Source: Folioceros fuciformis
Lineage: Eukaryota
Assembly: GCA_049999805.1 (NCBI GenBank)
Contig: JBNGIO010005930.1
Span: forward strand, 1 to 38,070
Reading direction: 5' to 3'
DNA: 38,070 nucleotides
In this document: piece after piece, positions 22,157-33,987 of the stretch
Layout of the letters: every line of letters starts with the position of its first letter
Position numbering within the stretch: position 1 is the stretch's first letter
The notes under the pieces: model-generated
The model's input: the letters and a program-made list of their open reading frames with translations, nothing else
What the model was told of the DNA's origin: nothing
Database searches by the model: none
Translations under genes and position numbers: made by a program

Positions 22157-23117
22157 CTAGGTAGCACCTGGTGACAAGGCATCGGGAGCGTCTAATAGAG
22201 ACGGTTCGAAACCTTCTGCTGACATCTGCAACTTTACTGCCTACAACGGCAAGCACGCAACTATGAGAGCTCTTGAACCAACTACGAAACCTAGTATTCC
22301 ACCTGGAAGCAAACGAGGCTGTGCACAGTCCTCATACTCACCCTTTCAGGAACCCCAACTTGCAACATTCTGAAAAATCGCGAGTAGGATGGATCGTCCT
22401 TCACCTGTCCACAAGGAACAAACAAAATGAGCAACCCTAAAGCTCACCAGCTGGGCCACCTGGACGCGAGGCCGGTCAGGTTAACCTTAGGCCGTGATTG
22501 CCGCTCTGATGCACTCGATGAAGCCGACGGACTGGCCACTACGTCTTGCTGACTGCCTTTCACACTGACATACAAAGAAGGGAAACATTGAACGCTTGAT
22601 TCCTGAAGCTGCAGCAATAGCAGTTACAAGTGTCGAAACTACCTGAGATGGAGACTAGCATCCTCAGCTGACTTCAGTGGCTGCTCCGCGCCCTGACCGA
22701 TACCAGCCAGCGCGGTAACATCGAGGGCGGATGCCTGCCCTGGTCCATCAACGTCTTCAATACTTCTCAGCTTGGCCTCTAAAAGTGCGATGGTGGCATC
22801 CAGTCTCTGAACCCTTCTGCTACAGGCAAGCACATTGTAGCAGCCGTAACCACGCCACATTAAAAGCATGATAAATAGGTTGGCGTACCTGTGGACTTCA
22901 GCAAGCTTTTGCTCGCAGATTGCTGAGAACTTGTTCAAAAGCTGCACGGTGTGCACAACGTACGTGTTCACCTAAAACACCAACCCCGAAGCTTAGGTCT
23001 TGAAATTGCCTCTGGAAAGAACAACAGATCTTGCAGCGGCACAACGAAAGCAAAGCATGTTACCAGGAAGACTGTCCGTTGCTCAGGAATTGCGGGAAGC
23101 TTTTCTTCCGCATCCAT
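22157..23117 (-). CDS. WASHC3: WASH complex subunit 3 (CCDC53 family), 6 exons, ~178 aa
   Basis: GT-AG exons 23117-23064, 22971-22889, 22816-22643, 22564-22486, 22404-22342 and 22240-22157 join in frame. Translation: MDAEEKLPAIPEQRTVFLVNTYVVHTVQLLNKFSAICEQKLAEVHRRVQRLDATIALLEAKLRSI...VKDDPSYSRFFRMLQVGVPERAVKLQMSAEGFEPSLLD. This matches the CCDC53 N-terminal coiled coil and C-terminal KDP.Y..F.KM...GVP motif as I recall them. Confidence 0.88.
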
Positions 23118-23688
23118 GGGAAAAACAATGATCTGTAACTCTTGCCGAACGAGGTCGGGATCACCATAGGTGTTCTATGCTATACGGGGTCGTCAGCAAA
23201 TAATACACTTTCCACTTTGATTTGTTGTACCCAGATACATATATCCTGAACGTCCGGAGCAAAGTTCGTTGGTGGAGGGTGTTGATCTGGTAACGCTTGC
23301 CTGACCCAGGCAGACACAGAATCCATGGAGCAGAGGCAGGCAGGATCCATGGAGCAGAGTGAGCTTGACAAATCGACACAAATTCCGGCAAGCGAGGGAA
23401 GGCCGTCATGTTTATTGCCCGACGTGTGCGGGTCTGTACAGAATTGAGTTGTGTAAATAAAAGCAGCAGCAAAAACTGCTAAATAGTGGCAGCGTGTGTA
23501 GGCACCACTGATTCGGAGCAAGAGCACATGTCACAAGTTGGACCATTAAATCGAGGGTTCAAGGAGAGTTGAGCGCCGTACCGTTACACTGTCAAGAGAG
23601 TCAGGGAAAATATTGACAGCTCATGGGAAGAGCAGCTTGGTGCGGAGGAACAGGGCACCTTTTACCTGCAAAGACTAGCCATGACTTG

Positions 23689-26119
23689 CTACTGAATGTA
23701 GCGTCCCTTCAGTCTCCAGACTGTTCTTCCTCGCACAATTTCTGAAAGATCTGACTGCATGCGTAGAAGGTGAGTATACTGCACATGGCCTGAGCTTCTG
23801 GGTGGTTGACTGGGAAGGATGGACTTGTGCCCATTTACTGAACCATAGGTTGAACCCTTGGGAGAACCGTTCACAGAACCATTGGCAGACCAGTTGGTCA
23901 AACCATTCAAAGACCCATTTGCCGAGCCATTCGAAGCTCCATTTGCCGAACCATTTACAGCCCCGTTTGTTCCACAAGATCCAGGACGCTGTAGTGTGGA
24001 AGATGATTCCGGTTCAGGGCATGTCATGGACTGAACAACATCTGAGTGGCTGCATTCTCGCCTGTATTCCAGAATCATGCTGGTCAACTCATGAGCCACC
24101 AGGAGAGATTGAGGGACACTCTGCACCAGACAACGATTCATTGTGTCAGTCAACCACAAAAACACTCAGTGATGTATACTATTCACAACCATTCAGGGGT
24201 CTCGTGACAGAAGGCGCCGTCACCTCAAGAACCCATCCGATGTACTTAACGTTGTTAACATGCTGATTCATGTCCATGTCGTTCAGGCGTGGCTGCATAC
24301 ATGCAGAACGACCATTGAGTGAAGGGAAAACCTCACTTCGTTGTATCATCCAACCCAAGGAGCAGAGAGATTTGAAGAGTTTCGAAACAAGCTCACCACA
24401 AGATCAGAGCGTATGTAAGGTGCAGAGTCGTCCAGCTTGGGAATTTTCTGAGTTGGCTTATCTTCCAGCACTGATCGATCCAGGAAGTAGGGGGAAATCT
24501 CAGCCCTGACATCGTCTGGCATCTTTGATAGTCTTCTCGTGTCTTGGTTCATCATGACCCAGGTACTGTATTCACCGGCTCAGCCATATCAAAATCTCAG
24601 ATACTTTCTCAGATCGATCAGTGACATTGTAGGCACTTGATAGCATGAGAAGAAACGAAAACCTCGGCTGCGGCTGCGGCTGCAGCTCGTGCACAGGATA
24701 AGAGAGCGGGCACAGACCAAGTACCTGGTTGCGCGAGCTAGAACGTTGCCGGATGCGTAATCGCTGACGAGAAAATCACGACGCATACCGTTTTTGCCAG
24801 TTCCACAAACCCATGAATCAATCTCAACGACATCTCCCCTGCATAAGTTGGAGAGCCCGCTGTCAACTCTAAAGCTTCAACTTCCGCCACAATTCCAACG
24901 ATTAAAAAAAGGAGGCTGAAACCTTTGACTTGGATGAACACTTACCATACAGGGTAGCGATCAACCTCGATGTGCATCCTGGTAACGACCCATATCAACC
25001 TGTGGCGCATCATGGCATGAGTTGTGCCCATTCCATCCCCAACAAAGTCCGACATTCCTACATGATTCAAGGCTGTTTCCTGCAGAGAAGGGCGATATCC
25101 ATACATTTCCACAAGCCCTCCACTTAGCAGCAGTATGAGATTTGACATACATGCTGCTAAACGTGACACTGACATGTCATGAAAGCGTGTAGAAAGGCCA
25201 ACATGTTAGTGCAGCTTCTACAGATACAGGTATGGTATCACACCTGAAACAGGTTGGTCAGGGTCTCAATAGAAGCGGTTCTGTCATAAGAGACCTCATA
25301 GGATCGTATGACAAACTGCTGTCGATAGACAAGGTCGTTCTCCACCAGACGACCCCTTTTCAAGGAATCAATAGACACCTGTGTTCTCCGTGCTGCCTCA
25401 TCTGCCCGTCTCTGCTTTTCCACTGCCAGTATGACAGTGGCTAGAGTGGCCAGAAAATTGGTGAGAGGCTTCTGCGTTTGTGGCGAGGGAGGAGGAACGA
25501 TGCCGCCTGCGTAGCTTCCGAGACCGGTGTGCAGTCCAGGACTTCCATTGTGCAGCAACTGATCAGCCTTGCTGTTGCTGGTCCCATTGACCTTGCCAGA
25601 GTAAGCTCGAGGAGGAGGAGGAGGAGAAGGCGCATCCTTGACCACCTCACGAGCTGGGGCAACGCGGTTGGGTGGTGTCTTGAGCTCTTGTTGCGTCCTG
25701 TTGTGTGAGACGTAGCCATCAGTGGAGGCTGAATTGGAGAGAAGAGATCTAGGCCTGCATCTGCCTGGACAACGTGGAGAACATGTGTGGTGCCGCTGTC
25801 GGGAAAATGACGAGACGATGGCACCGAGATCGTGTTCTAACCAGTTCCCGTGCCTGCTATCAGCTGAAGAGCAAGTGCAGGCACAAACGTGCGGGGAGGC
25901 GGGGTCCTGCTGCAGTCGTCCATCTCCAAACCAGGTCCTATGTCTGGAACACGTGGATAGCTGGCCCGGAGCCGGGGTCAGAAAGTGCGAAATCTCCTTG
26001 CGTCTTAGCGAGGGCCCCGGCGTTGGCAGCTCCTGTAGCCTGTGATGATGCGAAGTGGAGGCTGCGGGAGAAACAGGAGCAGCCCAGCCCGATCTAACAG
26101 TTTTAACGGCTGCATCCAT
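23689..26119 (-). CDS. FATB: Acyl-ACP thioesterase, FatB-like, 6 exons, ~597 aa
   Basis: Exons 26119-25244, 25079-24946, 24838-24725, 24565-24397, 24292-24224 and 24120-23689 join in frame. Motifs: YRQQFVIRSYEV, ETALNH, WVVTRMHIEVDRYPVWGD, GKNGMRRD, WVMMNQDTRRLSK, catalytic DMNQHVNNVKY and LEYRREC. A FatB-type hydrophobic stretch FLATLATVILAVEKQ is present. The start codon is uncertain; this is the first in-frame ATG. Confidence 0.92.
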
Positions 26120-28431
26120 CCCCAGCGCTGGCAGTCGTCTCACTCCCTCTCCCGCCCCTTCGCTGCTCAAGCCTGATGCCGCCCTGTCGCAGTTGCAGTT
26201 CCAGGTACAGAGCCCGCTTTGATGAGCGGCAGATCCAGAAGGGAGGACTCCCGCTCCACCCTTTCTTGGTTGCTGTGCGGGTACAGCGCATTTGTCAGAC
26301 TTGAACCTGCCAGCAACGCTAAGCCCGAGCTTGGGAGGATATATATCGATGTCCTACGGACTTGAGGGCAAAGAAACAGACGGCTCAAGGACGCGGCAGT
26401 CTGAGCGAGAGCAACAGCAGAAACAGCAGCGTAGTTCAAAAAATGTGTCCGCTGGCCAGCATTCTTGAGCCTAATTTGTAGCTCCAGGCGAGCAGAAGCA
26501 GGAGGCGGACGTGCGAGACAGGGGCAGCGGGAGCGGGTTACGAAAAAGATTCATGGAGGCGGAGAGAGACAATGCAGGCGGCTGCTAGGGGGCCGCGAGG
26601 TCAGATCGGAAGGCGAGCGAGCGGGAGCAGAGGCCCTGAGGTACAGCGCGAGCTGCATTGGTTGGTGCAGCGAAATTAAGAGCAAAAGGCAGACGCGGGG
26701 AAGAGCGCGTCTTTGAGGGCAGCCAGGCAAGGCAAGGCCCAGGCCAGGCCTGCGCGCAGACAGCAGACAGGACTGGCAGCGGCAGCGAGCGTGGAAAGAG
26801 GCGGAAAAAGCAGGGAAGCAAGGCAGCGAGGGAGTAAGGCAGAGGGCAGGCAGACAGGCAAGGGAGAATCGGACGAGAGGCCGGCCCGGCCCAGCCCAGC
26901 CCGGTGGAGAAGAGCAGAGGCAAATGCAAAGGCAAGGCAATGGAAAGGCAAAGGCAGGAACGTCAAGTGTGCGGGACTCGGAATGCACACTTGCACAGCT
27001 AACGATGTTGATGAGAGAGAGAGGAACCCAGGACACGAGCCGACTCCTACGCGAGACGTCTCTCAGAGTCCGAAACGAGACTAGTACTTGAACTTTTGTG
27101 AATCGGCGAGTGGGCTTGATGCATGCGGGCGAAGGAACCAAGGCAGAAGGAAACATCCTCCGGCCAGGGCCTAGTTCAATCGAGGTGGAGGGACCAAGCT
27201 TTTGAAGGAGGGGGATGCATATGATTCGAACAGATCATTCGGGGCTTGGGCTCGGGAGCGTCCACACGAACGACAACTCTCATCAAGCAGTCGACCATGA
27301 CCGAGACTGCGACGAGATCATCACCAACAACGGGGAAAATGAAGGACATCAAGGTCTCCCCTCTTTATCAGTTGGTTCCACGGAGAAGCGAGCGGAATGG
27401 CCGTGTGAGGCGGTGTCGTTGGAAGTGGAGGGGGGTGGGTGGGAGGTCATAAATGGCTCGGCTGCCCTGCTATCCATCTATTTTCTGGTTGGGGAGCGCA
27501 CAGTGAGCTGCCATCAATTTTGCAGTTGGCCTCCCAGCTAGGCCAAGCTGAACTGTTCCAGCTTTCAGTCCTTCCGAACAATGGGCTTGTCGCAATTTGT
27601 TGGTCAGGAGTCTCTTCACCTTTGGTCCCTCTCACTCACTGCATCCCTCACCTACTACGATGCCGCGACCGGGAGCTGCTGTTATTACCTATTCCAGACC
27701 TGCAGACCCTACAGGACACCTACCTCCCTGCACACACGACTACGGCAAGGAAGGACCTCATCATAACTAACAGCCTTGAATTGCTATGGGGGGTAACTGC
27801 GCGCAAGTATTCCATGCACATTTCCACTCAACCTTCCATTCCTTCCCTTCCCTTCCCTGAGTATTTCCTGCCCCCGCCTTTCATTCCCTGTGCTGTATCT
27901 TCTGCCCCCAATCTCTGATCGGCATCTCCCTCTTGGAAAGAGCCCATCGTTGTAATTAGACAACCAGGCAGGCGCACAGTGAGGGAGGCAGGGAGGAAGA
28001 CAGTCGAGCCACATTCCACCCCCATGTTCAGCTTCCACAGCCGCTCATGCTAGCCTGCCCTTCAGTGGGTGGGGATGTTTGTGGGGCCGGGGCCACCTCC
28101 AGCCAGCCAGCCTCTCGAGGCAGGGGCCGCGCCACAGTGGGGGGCCCCTGCTGTGTCCACCTTGCCAACGGTCCGCTCCACCAGTTCAAACTGTCACCGC
28201 CACTGTGTTGCTGGCTGGGCGATGGATCCAAACTGCCAGCCCAGCCGAGAGGGCAGGGCAGGGCAGGGCCAGGACAGCAGATTCATTTCCACGTCCTGCG
28301 TGCTGCAAGCTGGCACCTCGAGCTGACTCCCTGGCACCTCCTGGCTCCACCACCGCCACATGCATTCCATACATCGGCTCACATGCAGCTTGCCCAAGAC
28401 GCTGTCATTCAATACAAGCCCGATTGCCCAA

Positions 28432-28465
28432 CCCAACTCAACCTAACCTAACCTAACCTAACCCA
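28432..28465. repeat. (CCTAA)n microsatellite
   Basis: AACCTAACCTAACCTAACCTAACC downstream of the TSR3 stop codon. Confidence 0.8.
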
Positions 28466-28617
28466 ACCCCACCCACTGCAACCACTCAACCGTCTCCTTT
28501 CTTTCTATACAAAAACTTGTCTTTCCTTTACCAAAGAGAGGAAAAAACCCTAAGTCTATGATCTAAAACACCCATCATCGCCCATCACGGCTCCGGCATC
28601 CTCCAACCAGCACTACT

Positions 28618-30500
28618 CTACTGTACTCGCAGCTGCTCCTCTTGGTCAACCAAGCGCTCGCTACCATCACTACTCTCCCCGCTACGCTCCTCCTGCTCAT
28701 CCTCTTCGTCAGAGTCCCTATTGGTGTTCCGCACCAGAGGTGGTAATCCATCCTCATCAAGGCCACCCTCTTCTTCAGCGTCTGCCAATGCGGGGATGGG
28801 GAAGGGGGAGGAGCCGAAGAGTGTTACTTTCACACCAACCGTACCATAATATATACACCACCAAAAGCACACCCACCCTCCCAGCAACTGAGCTTACCAG
28901 CTAGACTGCGCTGAGGCTTCGTCGAAGTAGCCAGCCAGCTGTTTTGCACTGCTACTACTTCCATTCCCGACGAGCACGAGGCGTACAGATTCAACAGTTG
29001 ACTGCCCACGGCAAGAAAGGTGAGGGGCATCCATGACAGTCACAGGCTGTATACAACTTTCGGGAACTACTAGAAAGGCAGTAGAATCACCTACCGGTTG
29101 AGCGTAAGAAAGGAGTGACCCCACTTGAACTTGTCCAGTATTTCACTCCCCGCGTCATCCTCACCGCTGAGACAACAACGACGAACAACGCAAGGAAAAC
29201 AATCTGCAGCGTCATCTCAAGTCCTCATGAGACCCAGGAGCATGGGGTTCCTAGGAGCATGCGAGAAAAACCTGAAAGTCCATGGAGCACGAAGTTACCA
29301 GATAATCAACGCTGCAGCCAGAGCTTCAACACATGACAGCTTGCAGGGATGTCCGTAGTTTACAGGGTTGGCGGCCAGCAGCCATGGCACTGCAAGGAGA
29401 AATGACCACAACGGTTTGAGTCTATCTAGAAATTGCTGGAGGAACAAACTCATACACAAAGACGCAGAAGCAAAAGCACACTTTACATAGGCGAGGTGCA
29501 TTGCATCGAATATGGGCAAAGGGTACAGCTTCCAACATGGCCCAGGAACAGTCTATCACAGATAGCCCACGATCCCGCACCAGTTGCTGATCCTCCCTGG
29601 AGATACACTTCTGTCCCCTGGGGCTGCACAAACAGAAGACGGTCCCAACACACAACTCAACGGGCTGCTGCACATACAAGAAGGCTCCACGAGGTTGCAA
29701 TCACAACACCTTGCTCTTGCCCATCGTCATGGCCATCAGAATTTCTGCTTTAACACAAACGAAAATAGGGGTTACCTGAGCACAACTCCTGCAAAACGCT
29801 GTTGGACTTTCAACTCCTGCAAAAAGACGAGGAAAACACCCAAGTCAGCATCATTGGTGACCAGATACAAGCTCAGGAACCATGACTCCCATCCGCCGAG
29901 GAGGTACCGAAAACAAGGGGAAAAAACAAACCCTTAAATATCCCAAACGCGCAAGCTTCCTGCCGGTGCATCGCTTGGCGTCACATTGTCCAAAGTCCTG
30001 CAAACCCAGACGCATGAGCAGAAGGCACAGCCAACAAGGCCAAAAACCTGCAACCAGCAGTACTGGAAAGACGCTTACCCACATAGCCAAATGAACACTT
30101 AATTTCTTCCGGTCTTGCCCGGACACTGGAGGCAGCAAACAGCAATTTGTAAGACAGAGCAGTTGAGAGCAAAGTTGAGCCAGACAAAACCACCCAGCCA
30201 GCCGCTACCAATACCTGAGACAGGGCTGTTGGACGGCAAGCTCTGCGGCTCCTGATCTGCAGCCCTGGCGACCAGCACGTACAAGGAAATGATTCAGAAC
30301 CTCGGTCCAGCGGACAGACGGACGGCCAAACCGATCCCAGCCTGTCAGGAATTTGCACAGCACAGCAGAGAAAAAGCAAGACAAAACACTCACAAAAAAG
30401 CACCATGTTTGGAAGCATGGCGGGGAGCCGCATGCCGCTGCCATGTGCGGCTGTGGCTTGGGCTGGAACTGTGAGAGTGACCTACGCTATTGCGCCCCAT
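28618..30500 (-). CDS. TSR3: 18S rRNA aminocarboxypropyltransferase Tsr3, 10 exons, ~286 aa
   Basis: Exons 30500-30404, 30256-30215, 30125-30079, 29997-29932, 29816-29776, 29623-29487, 29389-29299, 29166-29095, 29001-28898 and 28781-28618 join in frame. Motifs: [70 protein letters not shown], and an acidic tail. Confidence 0.93.
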
Positions 30501-31307
30501 GCCAGCAACAACCACAGACAGTCCTGCCTCCTTCTCCTTCTGCTGCTGCTCCTTCACTTCACTTCCCTTCTGGAACTTTGTCAACGCAGTCAGTCGGATC
30601 CGTACCAATTCTCCAGCTGCTTTGCCTCCTGCCGCAACAAGGCCTTGCTCGGGATTCGATGCTATGCTACGCTGCCTCCCCCAACGATCGCTACCGATGA
30701 AATCCACCCAGCTGCTGCTGCTGGAGGGATGCACATTCACATGCACATGCACATGCACATGCCCATGTCCATGCTCACATGCATACATGTATAGCCCAAA
30801 CGACGAACTTCCGGCGGCGACGGATCCCCATATATTGCATCGCAGGCCGTCCAAGTGGCCGTTGCCCACGCAGCCTCGATCCCGCGCCTCTCCCTTCCCT
30901 TCCCTTCCGTCGTTTTTACGACTCTCTCCTATTAATAGACGCAAATGTTAAGTCATGTATAGCCCTTACTTATATGCAAGTACTCTACTATCCAAGCCCT
31001 TACTTATATGTAGGTAACTCTACTAACCAAGCCCTTCCTGATGTATATATATATACTCTACCGGTAGTAACTAAGACCGTAAAAAAGTGTACGTACTAAA
31101 AAAGGCGTAGGCAGTCTTTGCGTTCTATTTTGCCTACGTAATCGATGAGGGTTAGCAAGTGGTAATGAATTAGCAAGAAACAAAATAAGAAAGTAAGCAA
31201 GTAAAGCCTCTTCGTTTCCATCTCTGTTCAGATCTCGTGTACATAGTAAGAAAATGTCCGTGGCGTGTGCACGTGTGAGTGACGCCGTGGTGACTTCACT
31301 CACTCAC

Positions 31308-33987
31308 TCACTCGTACTCGATTCTGAAGGCCTTAGCAACGATAGGATTGGCCTGAGCGTCAGCGCCTCGTGGCACGATCGTGACGACCAGGTTGGAGAC
31401 GTCCTTGATGCCCAGGTCCTTGAGCGTGTCGCCGATGCCCAGACGGAGAGTGGCCTGCCGGTCCGACATGCCGGCCATGCCACCGGCGAAGTGCGGAATG
31501 TTGTAGAAGCTGCCCACATACTCGGCGGCGCTCAGCGGCGTATTCTGGTCGGCGTCCGGGAGGTTGAGGAAGACGTCAAAGTGCGTGACGCGGTCGCACG
31601 GCACAGTCACACCCTCGATTACCAACACCTCTTCCTCCTCGTCGTCATCCGCCGACGGGAATAGGCTCCGGGACTTCACCCGCCGCTGGGGCCTCGGCAC
31701 CTTGAAGCTCAGGCTCCTGTCCAGCTTTTTGTCCCCGTCGCCGAACTCCGGCAGCCCATCCGCCGCCGCCGGCGACGCTGCCATCGCCGTCTGATCGCCC
31801 CCGAACATCCAGCTCCTGCGGGAGGTGGTGGCCGGAGCCCCAGACGCGGCGCTCGCGCTCAGGGCCACCGGCCTGAAGTCCTTCCACGCGTCCGGCACCG
31901 CCTGGTAGGTGTAGCCCAGCCGCTCCGTGGCCACGGCGTCACCCACCCGCACCCGGACCTGAGTGAGCTCACAGACAGACAGCACGAGCCGGATTAACAT
32001 CTCTGTGAGACTCGTGCGGTTCGAAGTTCGAAGGGATTGTGTGATGTAACACCATAATGGGATTGGGACTGACCAGATCGCCGTTCTCGTCGTAGAATAG
32101 GAACTCCGAGTTGAGCCAGTCGGAGTCGGTGGGATCACGGCGACGGCCGCCCGGGAGCGTCTTCCACACGCTCCACAACCTGTCGATGTTGGCGTGGTGC
32201 GCGAAGAAAATGGGGTCGCGGCCGGCGGAGTAGAAGTTGCCCATGTCCTCGGCGTTCGGGTTGTTCTCGTTCCCCGTCCACACGTGGACGACGCCATGGG
32301 GGACATTCTCCACGGTGCCGCCTCCGGGGGGCTGCGCGTCGCCCTCCCTGTACGCCTGGCCGAAGAAGAGGCTGGTGGTTCGGGCACCGCTCACCAGCTG
32401 CTGGTACATGATGTTGTTGTTGGCATCCCGGAGCTGCGCGTCGGTGAGGTTCTGGGCCGTGAAGCTGAAACTTACCAGAGTGGGAGGCTGATGGGTCGGG
32501 CTGCGGTTGGCGTCGAAGAGGCTGGCATTGTTGACGTAAAGCGGCGGCAGGATGTTGGCAAAGGGCGCCGACGTCGTCTGGTTGTCCCAGTTCCAGAAGG
32601 GCAGAGCAAAGTTCGGGTCTCCCACCAGCGACGCCAGGATGCGCTCATGGAAGTAGAGGTACCAGCGGTGGAAGGGAAAGAAGAGCCAGGAGTTGTGTAC
32701 CTGCAGTGGCGTCACGCCGTCCGCCTGCGTGTACCCGGCGTCGCAGTACGCGCAGTGCACGTTCGCCTGCTGCGTGTAGGACCTGGGATCGGACGCGGGG
32801 AGAGCGCGCAGAAGCTCGTATGCTTTGTTGTACTTGGCCACATAGTCGGCACTCACCAGGTGCGCCGGCTGCCGCACTCGCAGCGGCCCCGGGGCCGGGA
32901 AGGAGAAGGCCTTCACCGGCCTCGTCGGCAGCGGCGGGCAGCAGTTCACTTGCACGCCGGGAACCGTCGCTGCCACGCATTTGCCAATGTCCGGGGGCAC
33001 GATCGGCGAAGCTCCCGCCTCTCCGAGAAACAGTGGCACGCCCGCGGCTGCTGCAGCTGACACTGATGTCGCCACCAACAGCTGCCTCCGGTCTATACCG
33101 CTGCTCGTCTGTTCACCACGCACTGCTCCTTCCCTGCGGATGGACACCAGCATCGCCTACTTCACGGTTAGGTTATTGCAGCACGCTGCCTCATCGACAT
33201 TCGGGTGTTAGGTTTCTGCCATCACTCGGGATTGGCAGCATGACTCTGACACAGTCAACAACAACGACGACGACAACAATGCCCCTCACTACTTGCTCAA
33301 TCAAACAAGCACAGCAGGGACAACGATAGCAGACCTTCCAATCCCCATCCTTCACTGAGCAGCGGCAACCACAACAATCAGCCACTTTGAACCCAAAATG
33401 TCTTCAACTTTCAATCCGAATTTCTCAGTATAGCAGCAACAACTGTCAGTCATCTACCTCTAGTCGTCGGAACTCCGAGTGCACAATCCGCAACTTCGAT
33501 CCCTACTCTAACGGCCTAACGACAAACATCGTCCTCTAAGACTAGATACTTCAAACGCATAAGAACTTCCCTTCCGATCCGCGCCGCTTACTAGCAGCAG
33601 CAACAACATGCAACCAATCCACCCCCCCTCACCAAAAAAAAAAAAATTCGCATCTTGCACAAACAAACGAGAGACCTTCAATCAGCAGCCGAAGCACTCG
33701 GACTCAGATCGGCATTGCTAGCTCGCTAACCTGGTCGGCACGGGGAGCTCCTTCTCCTCTTCAGCGGAAGATGAACCTCTTGGAGCAGCACGACTAGCCC
33801 GGGTACGGATCTGGAGCGGCTTCTGTTCCGGGAAGCGGATGCGTCCGGAGGAGGCGCGGAAGAGGGATGCTCGGAGATGCTTGGAAGCAGGATCGGCGGA
33901 GGCAGAATGTGGGCCGGTGGACGGGCGGACCTGTGACATTGCAGCGGCAGAGGACGCCATTGCCGTTGCCGTTCCCATGGCTGCCAT
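31308..33987 (-). CDS. PPO: Polyphenol oxidase (catechol oxidase/tyrosinase), plastid lumen-targeted, 3 exons, ~655 aa
   Basis: Exons 33987-33731, 33133-32074 and 31958-31308 join in frame. Features: transit peptide, twin-Arg DRRQLL, CuA HCAYC...HNSWLFFPFHRWYLYFHERIL, CuB HGVVH...DMGNFYSAGRDPIFFAHHANIDRLW, DWL motif, and HFDV/EYVGSF C-terminal domain. Confidence 0.96.

Noticed and set aside
13229-22964. The 1.4-kb direct repeats as LTRs of an element carrying GDSL
   Set aside because: The repeat is a spliced host gene (WASHC3) and has no TG...CA ends, PBS, PPT or TSD.
32194-33060. 288-aa plus-strand ORF and other overlapping ORFs in 25-34 kb
   Set aside because: These are antisense or alternative-frame shadows of GC-rich PPO, FatB and TSR3 sequence, with no recognisable motifs.
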